A stretch of 64,000 nucleotides of DNA, from NCBI GenBank assembly GCA_951406725.2, contig OX597832.1, forward strand, positions 15,004,001 to 15,068,000. The letters are read 5' to 3'. This document shows positions 1 to 13,999 of this stretch, piece after piece. The notes beneath the pieces are model-generated. The model made no database searches and was not told the DNA's origin. It saw only the letters and a list, made by a program, of their open reading frames with translations. Within the stretch, counting starts at the first letter, position 1. Each line of letters begins with the position of its first letter. The stretch is from Octopus vulgaris (lineage: Eukaryota). The position numbers and the translations under genes were made by a program.

Positions 1-79
1 TTACTTTAAATCAGGCTATAACAAATCAGTAAATGTTTTAAGTAATCATTTCTCCCGTGACTCAAAGCGAGAATCAATA

Positions 80-900
80 CTCTCCTTAGAATGGCTGCTT
101 ACACAACAATGTAGTTTTCTGCTTCACTTTGAGCATGACAACATCCCAATAGTCTTAATATGTTTTTCAAAGCCGTGGGAAACTGCTACTTATGCACCAG
201 TCACCACCGGCATCACAATTAATTTCTTCATGCTCCATAACCTTCCTACATAGTCCTACAGTGACTGTTATTTCTAACAATATGGCTTATACGTTCTCCC
301 TCCTCAGAGCACATCCTACACTGTAATGAGTCAGTGCTTTTATCAATGTGATTTTCGGAGTAGCTTGTTCTGAGAGCTTGTTCCTGAGCTCTGCACACTG
401 ATGCCCCAGTGGGCCCTTTTAAGTCTCCTTTCGGCAGCCATTTCCACGTTCTATTCCAATCAATTTTATCGTTATTCTTCCAGAATTGATTGTGCATTTT
501 GTTCTGCCAAAATTGCTTCATCTGCACTCTCTGATCTTTTTTAAAATGTGTTGTGTCAAAGGCTTCGTTCACATTTAAGTTCCCTGCATTTTCACTGCTT
601 CACTTATTTCTTCTTTACTTCCTTTGGTACACCAAGCCTGGCCATTCTCCTCAACCTTACACAAACTTCAAAACAGGCCAATCTCCGTCCTCCGTCTTTC
701 CTCTTTGCATACAATCTTGACACTTCACATTTGGGGTGTAGTCTCATTAGTTCATTCTCATTAATTCACCTGTCCTCTGGTTTATCTCTTGTAATGCATA
801 CTTCTTCCAAGATACTATTCTTGTCCCATATCTCATCAATGCAACCGATCACCTGTTAACTGCCCTAATCTTATATCGGCCATTTAGCTTGGAATAGAGC
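80..900 (-). mobile_element. Decayed 3' part of an RLE-type non-LTR retrotransposon (Dong/R4-like)
   Basis: Minus-strand translation gives HPKCEVSRLYAKRKDGGRRL (HPxxDxxRLYxxRxxGGRGL motif), TWKWLPKGDLKGPTGASVCRAQEQALRT..CRMCSEEGERISHIV (zinc knuckle) and LWSMKKLIVMPVVTGA (end of RLE domain). Stops and frameshifts present. Confidence 0.8.
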
Positions 901-934
901 ACAAGGTGAGTTCTCAAATACTGTTTCTTGTACA

Positions 935-946
935 ATACTACTACTG

Positions 947-1033
<87 letters not shown>

Positions 1034-1070
1034 ACACTACTACTATTACTAATACTACGACTACTACTAA
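935..1070. repeat. (TAC)n microsatellite
   Basis: Direct reading; source of the poly-T/poly-V ORFs. Confidence 0.95.
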
Positions 1071-1096
1071 CAATATTAATACTAAAAATATTTATA

Positions 1097-1525
1097 GGCG
1101 CAGGAGTGGCTGTGTGGTAAGTAGCTTGCTAACCAACCACATGGTCCCGGGCTCAGTCCCACTGCGTGGCATCTTGGGCAAGTGCCTTCTGCTATAGCCT
1201 CGGGCCTACCAATGCCTTGTGAGTGGATTTGGTAGACGGAAACTGAAAGAAGCCTGTCGTATATATGTATATATATATATATATATGTGTGTGTGTATGT
1301 GTGTGTGTATGTCTGTGTTTGTCCCCCTAGCATTGCTTGACAACAGATGCTGGTGTGTTTACGTCCCCGTCACTTAGCGGTTCGGCAAAAGAGACCGATA
1401 GAATAAGTACTGGGCTTACAAAGAATAAGTCCCGGGGTCGATCTGCTCGACTAAAGGCGGTGCTTCAGCATGGCCGCAGTCAAATGACTAAAACAAGTAA
1501 AAGAAAAAAAGAAAAAAAAAGAAAA
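1097..1525 (+). mobile_element. SINE family A (tRNA-derived head, internal (TA)/(TG) microsatellite, LINE-like 3' tail)
   Basis: Head GGCGCAGGAGTGGCTGTGTGGTAAG with box A/B-like motifs; tail GGCGGTGCTTCAGCATGGCCGCAGTCAAATGACT then A-rich end. Close copies at 49324-49750 and 62114-62533. Confidence 0.9.
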
Positions 1526-1527
1526 AT

Positions 1528-1543
1528 ATCATCATCATCATCA

Positions 1544-1605
<62 letters not shown>

Positions 1606-1795
1606 GTTATTAATGTTATAATTTTTATTATTATTATTTTATTTTTATTATTATCATTATTATATATTATTATAATATTATTATTATAATTATTATTATT
1701 ATATTATTATTATTAATATTATTATTATTATTATTATTATATTATTATTATTATAATTATTATTGTTATTATTATTATCATTATTATTATTATTG
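1528..1795. repeat. (CAT)n/(TAT)n microsatellite
   Basis: Direct reading. Confidence 0.95.
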
Positions 1796-2512
1796 TTCTG
1801 ATATTAAGATTAGGAAAACCTCCCTTGTTTGTACCATATTTTCTACCATAGTTTGTATCCCCTAAGCAAACTTCATTGCCGAGTCCACTGGACAATCACT
1901 GGAAAGAATGCAATCGTATGTAACTCACTGACTGAAACCATTAGAATGTAGTTTAAGTTTTCAAATTTCATTTTTTAAAGACAAATTCCATGAAGTCAAA
2001 CCACTATAAATTTCCAATAAAATATCTAAACATATTACAATTGGAGCATATTAAAGGAAGTAATCTAAAATATTTCAGATGAGTATTTAAAATTATCGCC
2101 AAAAAACTACAAGTTCATTTTCCAATCAGTATGTGACAAACACATAAAGCATAAAGCATAAATACACGCACACACATACAGAGGATGTTTTCAAGAATAA
2201 GCGTGAATGTGTGCATATGAGGGTGCGACAAATTGTGTATGAATATTTGTGTATACGTATGAATTTGTGTATGTGTATAGCTATGTGATACTATACAGGG
2301 TGTAATTTAATGATCTTAGTCACTGTAATATCTTAAATTCATATAATGATTGTAATATCAATTCCACAACATAGACTAATTGGCGCTCCCGGTTGCAGTA
2401 ATTAACATTTCACAGCGACATAAATACTTTACTATGATGGAACAATATGGCACCACTAAGCATTCAGAATTACATCTTTCTATATTTGTATATTTGTATA
2501 ACTGTGTGAGTA

Positions 2513-2572
<60 letters not shown>

Positions 2573-2575
<3 letters not shown>

Positions 2576-2905
2576 TCATTATAACAATGAGGGACTTTGA
2601 AACAAGTTGCTAGACCACATACCGAAACTATTTGAAATAGCAGCCAGAGGACTGTTATTTCTTTAACTACAAAAATATGTCCCCACAGACAACATTATTT
2701 GTGTCTGTGGGGACATAATTTTTTAGTAAAAGAAATAACAGTCCTCTGGCTGCTATTTCTAATACTTTCAGTATGTGGTCTAGCAACTTTTTGTAAAGAC
2801 CCCCATTGTTATAATTATATATAATTTTACCGAATATGGTCCTCTTCGATACCGAAATATTACTTGGTGAAATTTGTTGATTTTATTAAATTAATTATAT
2901 TTCAC
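2573..2905. mobile_element. Hairpin (inverted-repeat) element in a (TA)n tract; arms 2573-2691 and 2702-2820 plus a unique tail
   Basis: The arms are reverse complements (e.g. GAAATAGCAGCCAGAGGACTGTTATTTCTTT / AAAGAAATAACAGTCCTCTGGCTGCTATTTC), with a ~10 nt loop and (TA)n on both sides. Confidence 0.85.
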
Positions 2906-2906
2906 C

Positions 2907-2950
<44 letters not shown>

Positions 2951-3054
2951 CATACATATATATGCATACACACACACATATATATGTATGTGTGTATACA
3001 AACGTATACAGATATACGTATGTGTATATATAGAACAATAAATCTCTATATATT

Positions 3055-3106
<52 letters not shown>

Positions 3107-3107
<1 letters not shown>

Positions 3108-3315
3108 CGCCATGTTGATTCGCTAGCCTCTGCACGCATTTTTTTGTCTCCTTGTTTCTTTCTGTGGTTCTTTTCTGTGTATCTTTCTGTTGAAGAGCGT
3201 AGGCTCGAAACGTAAAAGACTTGTTTTATTTATATTCCTGAGCGCCATACTAATACAATTGTTTGTTTGTATTCCACCTGCCTTCATGTTTTGTTTATTT
3301 CCATAAAGATCCCCG

Positions 3316-3316
<1 letters not shown>
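3107..3316 (+). mobile_element. Short non-coding repeat (PLE pLTR-like) carrying a minimal hammerhead-like motif
   Basis: Flanked by (TA)n on both sides; related copies at ~10590-10780, ~11150-11350 and ~21420-21607 (minus). Confidence 0.65.
3182..3219 (+). ncRNA. Minimal type I hammerhead-like motif with variant core (CUGUUGA)
   Basis: TCTTT-CTGTTGA-A-GAGC gtag GCTC-GAAA-CG-TA-AAAGA: stem I TCTTT/AAAGA, stem II GAGC/GCTC, palindromic ACGT as stem III; A6 replaced by U. Confidence 0.55.
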
Positions 3317-3376
<60 letters not shown>

Positions 3377-3915
3377 CTACACAAAGAAGTTCGTATCATT
3401 GTAAGGGCTCTGCTACAGGGAAGGGGTGACACAGATAAGTTTGTAGTCCCTTGAGCGAAGACGGAAGAGGAAGGCAGTAACACATATCTGGAAGTTCCTT
3501 GTAGAAATTGTAAGAAATTTGGGCATTGAAGGCTACATATATGCCAGTGTGATTCGCCACTGCACAGTGCTAAATTTCCAAAATAATACTGTCGTGTTTC
3601 AGGAGCTGTTACTACAATGACTGCGTTTAGATGGCCCACAGCATTTTAGTATTCTCCCAAAGAACCTGGGACACGTAAACAGGAAGGGATGTAGTTCGTT
3701 TTAAACTAAACTGGACATCTTACTGTTGAGAGTCCCAGATGAACCTACTTCACGGCAGCGGGCGCAAATGAGGGCATGGACATCAAACCCCTTAATCATC
3801 AAGTTTCACATATCAGAGGAGGCTCTGAACAATAGCAATGCAGCAGAGACGTTGTGTACTAACATGGCTGCATTTTAGCTTATACAGATGTAATAAAAAA
3901 ACAACAGAAGGATAT

Positions 3916-3946
<31 letters not shown>

Positions 3947-3973
3947 AACACACATATATATATATATATATAT

Positions 3974-4126
3974 GAAAGAGTACAGCAGGGGCACCATCCC
4001 CTGTCGGAGCCTCGTGGAGCTTTTAGGTGGTTTCGCTCAATAAACACTCACAACGCCCGGTCTGGGAATCGAAACCGCGATCCTGCGGCCGCAAGTCCGC
4101 TGCCCTAACCACTAGGCCATTGCGCC
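3974..4126 (-). mobile_element. SINE family B (tRNA-derived)
   Basis: Reverse complement GGCGCAATGGCCTAGTGGTTAGGGCAGCGGAC...GGTTTCGATTCCC has box A/box B; six copies in the window. Confidence 0.9.
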
Positions 4127-4127
4127 A

Positions 4128-4216
<89 letters not shown>

Positions 4217-4301
4217 CATATATATGTATATAATTATAATTAGAACAGCTTAGAAAGCATGGACGTGCTCGAGTCAAGCCCGAGACGCTAGACAAGTACT
4301 A

Positions 4302-4419
4302 GAGATACAATAAGGAAGTTCAGCTCAGGCAGACAATTACTGCATAAGTATAAAGGCATTTAATACGATAGAATTCTCTATAACGTATATCAATACATTC
4401 AGAATATAAAGATACACAA

Positions 4420-4475
<56 letters not shown>

Positions 4476-5051
4476 ATATTAAAAATATTCAAGGACAAAT
4501 AAATATGTAGATATAGAAATATAATGGAGCATAGATTAAACAAAATATAGATAAACATATAGATGAGAACAATGAAATATACAAACTCTCTTATTTAATA
4601 AATCCCAAATAAATTATGGTATAGAAATAAAAGATGTTTAAAAAGAATTTTTGGTATGATATTTAAAGGAAATGAAGTATTCCGACGTCAGTTTCTAGAT
4701 TTCATTGAAAGAGTACATATGAATCATACAATTACTTCCAAGTAATGCCTCCGTCATCAGTGAAAAAGAATAGAAAAGTGTTTGCGCTAGAAATGTATTA
4801 AATGGTTTAATCCCATTTTTAAAAGTAATGTCTTTCTCTATTTCATTATTCTTATCTATATTTTCATCTATATTTTTATCTCTACTCTCTTACATTTATA
4901 TATCTATACATTCTAGATATTTATATTCTGAATGTATTGCTATATATATTATAGATAATTATATCATATTAATTCTGTATATACACTCTATACGCTATAC
5001 AAAAATCTACTAATTGTAGTCTGTCTGAGTTCAACTTCTACTCTGTATCTC
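4302..5051. mobile_element. Degenerate inverted-repeat element with a central minus-strand hammerhead-like motif
   Basis: Left arm ~4302-4590 (interrupted by (TA)n) is reverse-complementary to ~4835-5051 (CAATACATTCAGAATATAAA / TTTATATTCTGAATGTATTG). Minus strand 4680-4765 reads CTGATGA...GAAACTGACGTC. Confidence 0.6.
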
Positions 5052-5292
5052 ATATATATATATATATATATATGTATATAAAGATAGATTGATACATAAA
5101 TACATACATACATACATACATACATACATACATACATAAATACACATAACAGACATTAGCTTAAGGAAATGTAAGTGCTTCTTCAGATACCAATGTACGT
5201 AGCTGAAGCGGACATTATATGTGTATACTTCAAATTATTTATGTATGGTTGTGCGTAGGAGTAGTATCATGTATGCTTTTGAGCGTCGAAAT

Positions 5293-5329
<37 letters not shown>

Positions 5330-5349
5330 TTATACACAAAAACATATGC

Positions 5350-5407
<58 letters not shown>

Positions 5408-5846
5408 TTAATCAAATATATTCAATGAGAATACAATATACTGCATTTTTAATAAGTGCTCTTTAGTAGAAAATGTATAAAACATTAAAACATTTTGACG
5501 TTTAATATGAGTGATTATACGTTAAATTGTACAATAAGTGCAAGAAAATTACATCAAAAAATCATCACAGAAGATATGTCCAAAATAATATTGCATTAAT
5601 AAATAGACATATAAATATATAAAGTATGATTATTTAAAAGGTTTAAGAGTTTAAACTTTTAGACCTTTCAGATAAATATAGTCTATATATTTATACGTCT
5701 ATCTATTATTACGCTATTATTTTGGACTTATATATTATGTGATGATTTTTTGATGCAATTTTTCTGCACTAATAATATCACACTCACACACACACACACA
5801 CACGTGCATACAAACACACACACATACTCACACACACACATATGTA

Positions 5847-5922
<76 letters not shown>

Positions 5923-6794
5923 CATATACTTACTTACACGGAAATAACGGTGCAAATATCATGATATACAAGTTATAGATTTGTATTCATAGACACGAAA
6001 CGTGCGGCGTCGTTTTAATGTGTATGTTTTTAACGTGTATTATTTAGTATAGACATGTTCAATATGATGTTTATAATATATTTAAATTTATATTATAGTA
6101 TAGATATTTTTCACTATTAATTGAATTACTTTATGGACGTTCTATCTCTTAATTATATATATACTTCGCGTTCATTTCAGTATTAATGAATAAAATATAT
6201 ATACATGCATTTTATGGGTAGAGGACATCACCAGTGGTAAAACTAAGATTAAATACGCAAACGAAAGTGGGGAATACGGAAACAATGAGAAAAACTGGAC
6301 AACAGTTTGTGTAAATCAGACAAATGACCCTTCATCATTTGTCGACTTTCTATCTACTCCTCATTTCGAGCATTCAACAACAATATAAGTCTTCAATAAC
6401 AGTTGCACGCATGAAATCTAAACTAAAATTTATGAGTTATGGAGGCTTAAATTTGGGAACGAAAACATGACAGTGGAGATATACAAGGAAACTGAACGAA
6501 AACAAACATGGAGGGTCGTTAGACCAGGAAAAAGAGGAGAATAGTGAAAGCTGGGAGAAACATATTTTTGAAAATATATAAGCTAGAAGACAGAGTGATA
6601 AAGAAGTTCGATGTTTTCATTAACCGTGCAGGAAAAGACAGATGATCACATGCGGAAAAGAATGATGAACAATGGTCACATGTGAGCAACGAGAGAGGCG
6701 AAGAGAAAAGAGAAAGAGGGAGAGATATGGAGAGGAAAATTGTTGAAGGAGGGTGTGACTGAAAAAGGGAATCAGAAAAGGATGGCGAAAGAAG

Positions 6795-6843
<49 letters not shown>

Positions 6844-8865
6844 CGCATGCACGTCTGTGTATCTGCAGATAAGCACAGGCCTGATTGTTTTGCACTCACT
6901 GAAAAATGTCTACGAAATAAGCAAAGGGATTTCAGATATTCCATTTAGATGAACCTACGACTAAGTAAATTATATGATTGACCTATGTACTGTTTTTAAC
7001 CCTTTTTTTCCTTATTGAAGTATTTGTAATCAGCATAACTCAATGGTTAGTTAAATTCTGTAACAGTTTATTACATTGTTTATCTCGTAATTGATATATA
7101 TTTCATCCTGCTTTCATGCTAAAGTAATGTAATGCTTAGGTATTTCGCACTCCCATTGTTTCCAGTGAAGATGCCAGACGCCTTGGATACTTGCTAACAA
7201 CAATGTTCGGAAATTGCTGTACGGAGCAGAAAATTGAGGTCGTGAAATGAAAGACATTTCCTCGTTCAAATCTTCACCTCACCTTACAGAATATTATAAA
7301 ATAAACTATTTCCAGATATAGCAGCATGCACGAGATGGTGTCTTTTTCCAAGTATTCTATTATATTTTCGGGAGTTAAAATTGCTTTCTGTCATGTAATT
7401 TTAATACAAAAGATAATCTCATTCTTGTTTAATAAATTTTATGAATTTTTCTGCTTTCTCTTTTCTTTTTCTTTTTGTTTTGTTTGTAATATTTCCCAGC
7501 ACACCAAATGCATTCAATATTACCATAATTTCAAATGTTTTCAATATATTATCGTGTCTTTAATTCAAAATAAATTGCCTGTATTATCTCTACTGTCGCT
7601 ATCTTTGACGTCGTATCGTACTATAAAATAAATTGCAACTATCATTTCCTCATGTTTACTTCATGTGTCGAAAGAAAATGTGAGTTTCGCTTCGCAGTAG
7701 TATCGTATATAATTTTATATGCTCGGAAATTATTATCGTCACTTGTCTATTTCTGCAGGGTTTCCTTAATATCAGTGCCAATTATTTTCTTGTTCTTAGT
7801 CAAACGGATTCTTTCTGTCAATTCTTGTTGTCTCTTTGTCAAAGCTTTTGATGGTATAAGACTAGAAGGCAGACAGAAACAAATCTTTTGAATCTTTGTA
7901 TCTTTTCCTGGAAAATATTAGATAAAGTTATGACAATAGATTTATAATGAGAATCAGAGAAGTTATTTCTAGCGTATAGATAAATAGATGAGTACATGCC
8001 ATTTACAGTGTGTTTAAGTCCCGTTGTTTCAAATATTTAGCGTTTGAGGAAATGAAAACAGGATGTTTATCCATGAATGCAATGATATGACCGCAGCAAA
8101 ACAGCAAAGGTTTACTCTAAAAGATTGATAACGGAAGAGGGCATCTCATTTATATCATCCAGAAATCATTATATTAAAAATTGCATTGTACACACTCCAT
8201 TATGTGTAGGGACACATTGCAAGAGAATATAATACCTGTATGTAATACTAGGAAAGAAATAAAAGAATTAACCTGAAGCATAAAAGGAGGAAGTGATAAT
8301 ATACATTTCAATATATATACTGTATATACAAAGTAATAAATTTGAAATTGTATTATATAAATAGTGTTCTATATTTTTAAGAGATGAGGAATTATGCACA
8401 TGATTTATATTATTTACAATTGACGGATATTTGTCCTCATCGTGGAGATACAGCACGACACTTTTAGAATATTTCAAATCCTATCTTGATATATAATGTC
8501 AATGTCCTTGAAAAAATATTTTTCTACGGATTTGATCACATTATTTAGACTAGATTGGTAACATTGGAACACGAAATCTCTTCTCATTTTAAGTAAAATT
8601 GCAAAGGTGATATTTCCAAGAAAAAAATAAATGTAAAAGAAAATTAGTTAATACTTACTGACTAGAAGATAACATTATCCTTAAATCAATGAAGATTAAG
8701 CAGTTATTATATGTTATCTTATTAGTGTGAATTAAAAACAAGCAGACGAGCTGGAGATTGGTTGTGCTGTTGCTGAACTTCTCCTTTAAGTTCAACAAGT
8801 TGTTATATAACAATGATAATTTGTTTGTTTGTTTGTTGCTTTGTTTAGTTTCAGCTCTTGATGAT

Positions 8866-9312
<447 letters not shown>

Positions 9313-10589
9313 GTAGTAAGTAAATGAATTAACACATGCTAATAAAACTCTTCATAAAGTTTTTTTAACAAACACTAAGCAATATTCATTAACCGTTCTG
9401 CGTTTCATAAGATATATTTGTTCCAACAGAAACAAGTAATAAGCAATGAGAAAATCTTTTTAACATAATTGACTGAAGTATAAACAGAAGCAATGATATG
9501 TTTATCTAAATTCAGTGTAATTCACAAGAATTAAATTATAATAATAATTCTATAAGAAATCAGGAGGCAATGTGTTTCGAAATAGCATTATTAAAATCTT
9601 AAGAAACGAGTGGTTTAACTTAATCTTCAGTAAGTCACTGTCTTCATTATTATGACTTTTCGCATAACAGCAGTGAGTACTCTTAGTAATATTTTAAAAA
9701 GATAGAAGCCGTATGTTTGTTATAAAATGATAACCTCATATATTCGACCATTTATTCATATATGTATGAGTATATGCATACATATATACAAATATATGCA
9801 TATTTCCATTTACAGTATACATTTGCACACGCACATACACATACATATTCATGCATACATATATACGTACATACATACATACATGCACGTATGTAAATGC
9901 CGAAAGACAAGTTGAGTGCTCAACATCAAATTCGTGGATAAAAGCTCTGTATTTGCGTATTAAGTCTGCCGTTTATTCGTGATTACCGGTAGTGTTTATA
10001 TAAAAGGATTATAATATAAGAAGATAGAGTAAACAAGCTTTGACTAAGATCCTTACAGTTGTTTCAGTGCATAATTATATGGTGATTATTAGTAAGTAAT
10101 TTATCTATTATAACTTTGCGTTTTCAACTTTTTAATTTCCTTCCCTCTTTCATCTTCACCCCTCACTCGTAACTCCACGCCACTCCACACATTCCAACAC
10201 CACGTTCCCTATCTTTCCCATCTCACCCTACCCCACTCTTTACACTCACTCCGATATACACTACATCTGCCTTCAGCCTCTGTCTACACACATATACCAC
10301 CTCTATCACTACCCACAGCCTAAACCACACGGCACCTTTGCTTTCCCCACTATTGCGCCCCCCCACCTTCCAACACCATCACACCACACCACACACCACT
10401 GCACCATACACCAACAAAGCACACAAGACATCACATCACACCACCACACATTAACATTGACCAACCCCATATCTTCACACCTACACATACACAGCAGCCC
10501 TCTTCCACACGCAAACACACATTCTCATATGCACACGTACGGCACATTCGTTTTGGAATCACCACTACTTTATTATCTTCCTAGCTCTC

Positions 10590-10780
10590 CTATGTGACCC
10601 CTCTGTCCGCCATTTGCTAGCCACTAAACATTCTTTATTTTTTCTCCTTGTTACTTTCTGTGGAAGAGCGTCGGCTCCAAACGTTGAAGTCTTTTCACTT
10701 CCCGAGCGTTAAACTAATACATCGGTTTGATGTCTACACCACCTGACTTCGTCTTTTGTTTTTTTGTGTGAATTCTCCCC
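10590..10780 (+). mobile_element. Second copy of the 3107-3316 repeat family, decayed hammerhead at 10653-10690
   Basis: ACTTT-CTGTGGA-A-GAGC gtcg GCTC-CAAA-CG-TT-GAAGT; downstream ACTAATACA...CACCTG..TTCGTCTTTTG matches the 3107 copy. Confidence 0.6.
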
Positions 10781-11090
10781 CTATATAAATGGGTGAATGA
10801 ATTATCCTTTGTTTCCAGTTACCAGGGTAGCGAAATTCACGCAAGTAACAAGGATGTAGCGACCTACTGAAAGGTAGAAACTCCGGTTTAATAGCGTTCT
10901 GTTTATCATTTATGGAGTTATCAAAATTGTAGTAATCTCTTGTTGTTGAAACGGGTTCTCTTTCTTTCCTGATGAGAGGATCAAATTATTTTACACCGTT
11001 TATTCCTTTGGAATAAAACTAATGTTGTCTTCGAGGCATATGTCGAAAGTAAAGGAATTTGAATAACACCTGCTTTCAACTTCATTTACT

Positions 11091-11144
<54 letters not shown>

Positions 11145-11929
11145 TTAATGTTCACTTTGTTGAAGCGTTACACTCTACATTTTTTATCTCTCTCCCTTTG
11201 TTATCATTCTTTCTCCGATGTTCTTAATCTAAATCCTTTCTTTTACGCTCGAAACGTAAAATACTTTTCCATTCTTCCTGAGCCTTAAGCTAGTATACTT
11301 GATTATTGTTACTACACCTGTCTGTGTCTTTCGTTTTCTTTAAATTTTAAGTAAAAACACGCGCGCACAATCATACACACGCATATATGCATTATACGTG
11401 TTGGTGTGTGTCCGTATGTGATTGCTTATGTGAATGTGTGTAATTTCCTTATTCACAACCGAATGTGATAAATCGTTTCATGAAGTACTTCAACAGCTGT
11501 GCCAAATATATCTCATCCTAACTTACTTTCATAAATGCATTAATCTTCTAGCGTACACCTTTTAAGTTTAACGCTGTGTGATCGAAAAGAATATAGTTGA
11601 TATTATTTACTAAAGATATTACCTTTATTTAATCCCCTGATTTTACTTAGTCATCTTTACTGTCTAGATAACAATTCTGAAACGGTTATTTTATAAAGGA
11701 AATGGGAAGTCGCGTTGCAATTTATTAAACTGTTGTTTAATTTAGCACAGGCTAGCGTTCCTTTGCACCAGAACCAGCGAGCATATATCAACATTATCCA
11801 TGGACATTCATTTCTTTTAGAGGCATTTAGTTTATGCTTTTATTTCTACACCGTTGTCGCCGTTTTCATCATCATAATAATAATGCACGTCATCATAAAC
11901 GTTTTATTAATCCCCAAGATCATCGTTGT

Positions 11930-11974
11930 ATTTCTTCTTCTTCTTCTTCTTCTTCTTCTTCTTCTTCTTCTTCT

Positions 11975-12021
<47 letters not shown>

Positions 12022-12192
12022 TTCTACTTTTTCTTCTCCTTTATATTCTTCTTCTCCTTCTTCATCGTCTTATTCTTTTTATTCTTCTTTTCTTCTTCTT
12101 CTTTTTCTTCCTCTTTTCTTCTTTTTTCTTCTACTTCATCTCCGCCCCTCCTTCAATTCTTCTTATTATTATTCTACTTCTTCTTCCTCTTC

Positions 12193-12224
<32 letters not shown>

Positions 12225-12350
12225 CTCCTTCTTCTTCTTACCCTCCTTCTTCGTCTCTTCCTTCATTTACTTTTGCTCCTCTCTTCCACCTCATCCCACT
12301 ACCTCTTATTTCTTTTCTTTCCCTGTCGCTGCTGCAACTACTACTACTAC

Positions 12351-12421
<71 letters not shown>

Positions 12422-12495
12422 ACATCAACACCACCACCAACATCAACACCACCACCACCACCACTACAACCACCACCACCACTACTACTACTACC
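11930..12495. repeat. Compound (CTT)n / (TAC)n / (CAC)n microsatellite
   Basis: Direct reading. Confidence 0.95.
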
Positions 12496-13598
12496 GAAAC
12501 GATCGGAGTTTGAAGGAGGTTTCTTTCAGGAAAGCAAATGCCAGTTACTGCGATTCGTATTTCACTTGCCTTTCATAGATTACATTTAGATGATGCCCAA
12601 AAGAAGGAAAACGTTTGTCTGAGTGTGTGTGTGCTTATTTTCTTGCCTACCTGTGCGTGCGCGCGTGAGCGTGTGCGTGTGCGCGTGAGCGTGTGTGTGT
12701 TTGTTCGTGTGTTCACGTCACTCTGTCTATGTTCGTATTTCTATATGCACGTTGAAAATTGTATCTGAAAATTAATCCCAAAATACTGTATATAAGTCTA
12801 TAAAATTACCGAAAAGTGAAGAGAACTAAGTTCGTTAACATCTAATCCAGATTTTCATGCTACTTCATCTTCTGCCATGAATATGCTTGCGTGATTTTAT
12901 GTATAAAGATAGAAGAACAGCTACGATGAGTTTTTTTGTAGAATCCTGAAAGCAACATCTTCATTTCGACACTACGTTACGCTTATTACGGTAATGCACT
13001 TAGCTATTTCTGAACGCTAGTGTAATGTAATATAAATAAATGATGACACCTCAGATGGCAGCAACAAATCACTAATTGCAAATGTAAGATGTCTGGATTA
13101 GTATTGAAATAGCTACAGAAAAGCATGTTCATTTTAAGTATACTTAGAATTGCTGAAAGTAATGTTGAAACATGTACAGTATGTAAATTCAATTCAAGTA
13201 TCAATTCTAGTCCATTATTTCAGAATTAAGTAGACTCCAGAAGGGAAATGTTATTTTTTTTTTAAAAAAAAACGTAAATAATGATTCGAATGCTAAACTT
13301 AGCAGCCATGGTGAATATACTAGACTAATAAATGAAATGTTGAATTAAAGTTTTCATTCAAAAATTACAAGTAGATATAAACGTATAAGAAGACGCCACG
13401 AATATAACTTTGTCCCTCCCGCTCTGTGTCTGCTTTCGTATTTTCCCCGTACATGCGCACATACTATCGCATACTTTAATAGGAAATTGTGTATAGATCT
13501 ATAGATGTATGGATATATGCGTATGTGATGTGTGTGTGTATGCATATATGCATACACACAGACACACGGACAGACAGACAAAGATAGACACACACACA

Positions 13599-13635
<37 letters not shown>

Positions 13636-13816
13636 TTATATATATATATATATATATATAAGTATATGTATATATACATATATATGCATGCATATATATT
13701 TGAAATTTACAGAAATAATATTATATAATATTGTAATACAATTCTTTGTTTCATTATGATCTTATTATTTGCATAAATTTTATTATACAAATCTCTTGTG
13801 CGTTATTGCATTTTTC

Positions 13817-13864
<48 letters not shown>

Positions 13865-13999
13865 CGTTATGTGTTGCCATATATATTTGAAATGCACACA
13901 GCCACACTCGTGTGTATATGTATCTATATGATATATTTTAAAATAAATTAATATCACCATTTCCTGACTACTGAAAATATATATTAATATATTCAACAG

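Noticed and set aside
1337-1621. ORF MTTDAGVFTSPSLSGSAKETDRIS, repeated at 61935-62294
   Set aside because: Incidental frame within SINE family A, not a gene family.
3316-3639. 107-aa minus-strand ORF
   Set aside because: Ends in a microsatellite; possibly a retroelement scrap, but no motif could be assigned.
4060-4126. tRNA-like sequence (also at 16.8, 50.5, 51.6, 54.1 and 57.3 kb)
   Set aside because: These are SINE heads continuing into a shared body; no proper acceptor stem or terminator.
7167-7250. Possible small exon after TTTCCAG
   Set aside because: No recognisable protein similarity and no strong donor site.
10036-10070. Minus-strand GAAACAACTGTA half-motif
   Set aside because: No CTGANGA core found upstream.
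10960-11060. CTGATGA with possible GAAA partners
   Set aside because: Could not build consistent stems I-III; at best a badly decayed pLTR motif.
11715-12589. Three overlapping ORFs of 195-251 aa
   Set aside because: Low-complexity (CTT)n/(TAC)n repeats open in all frames.
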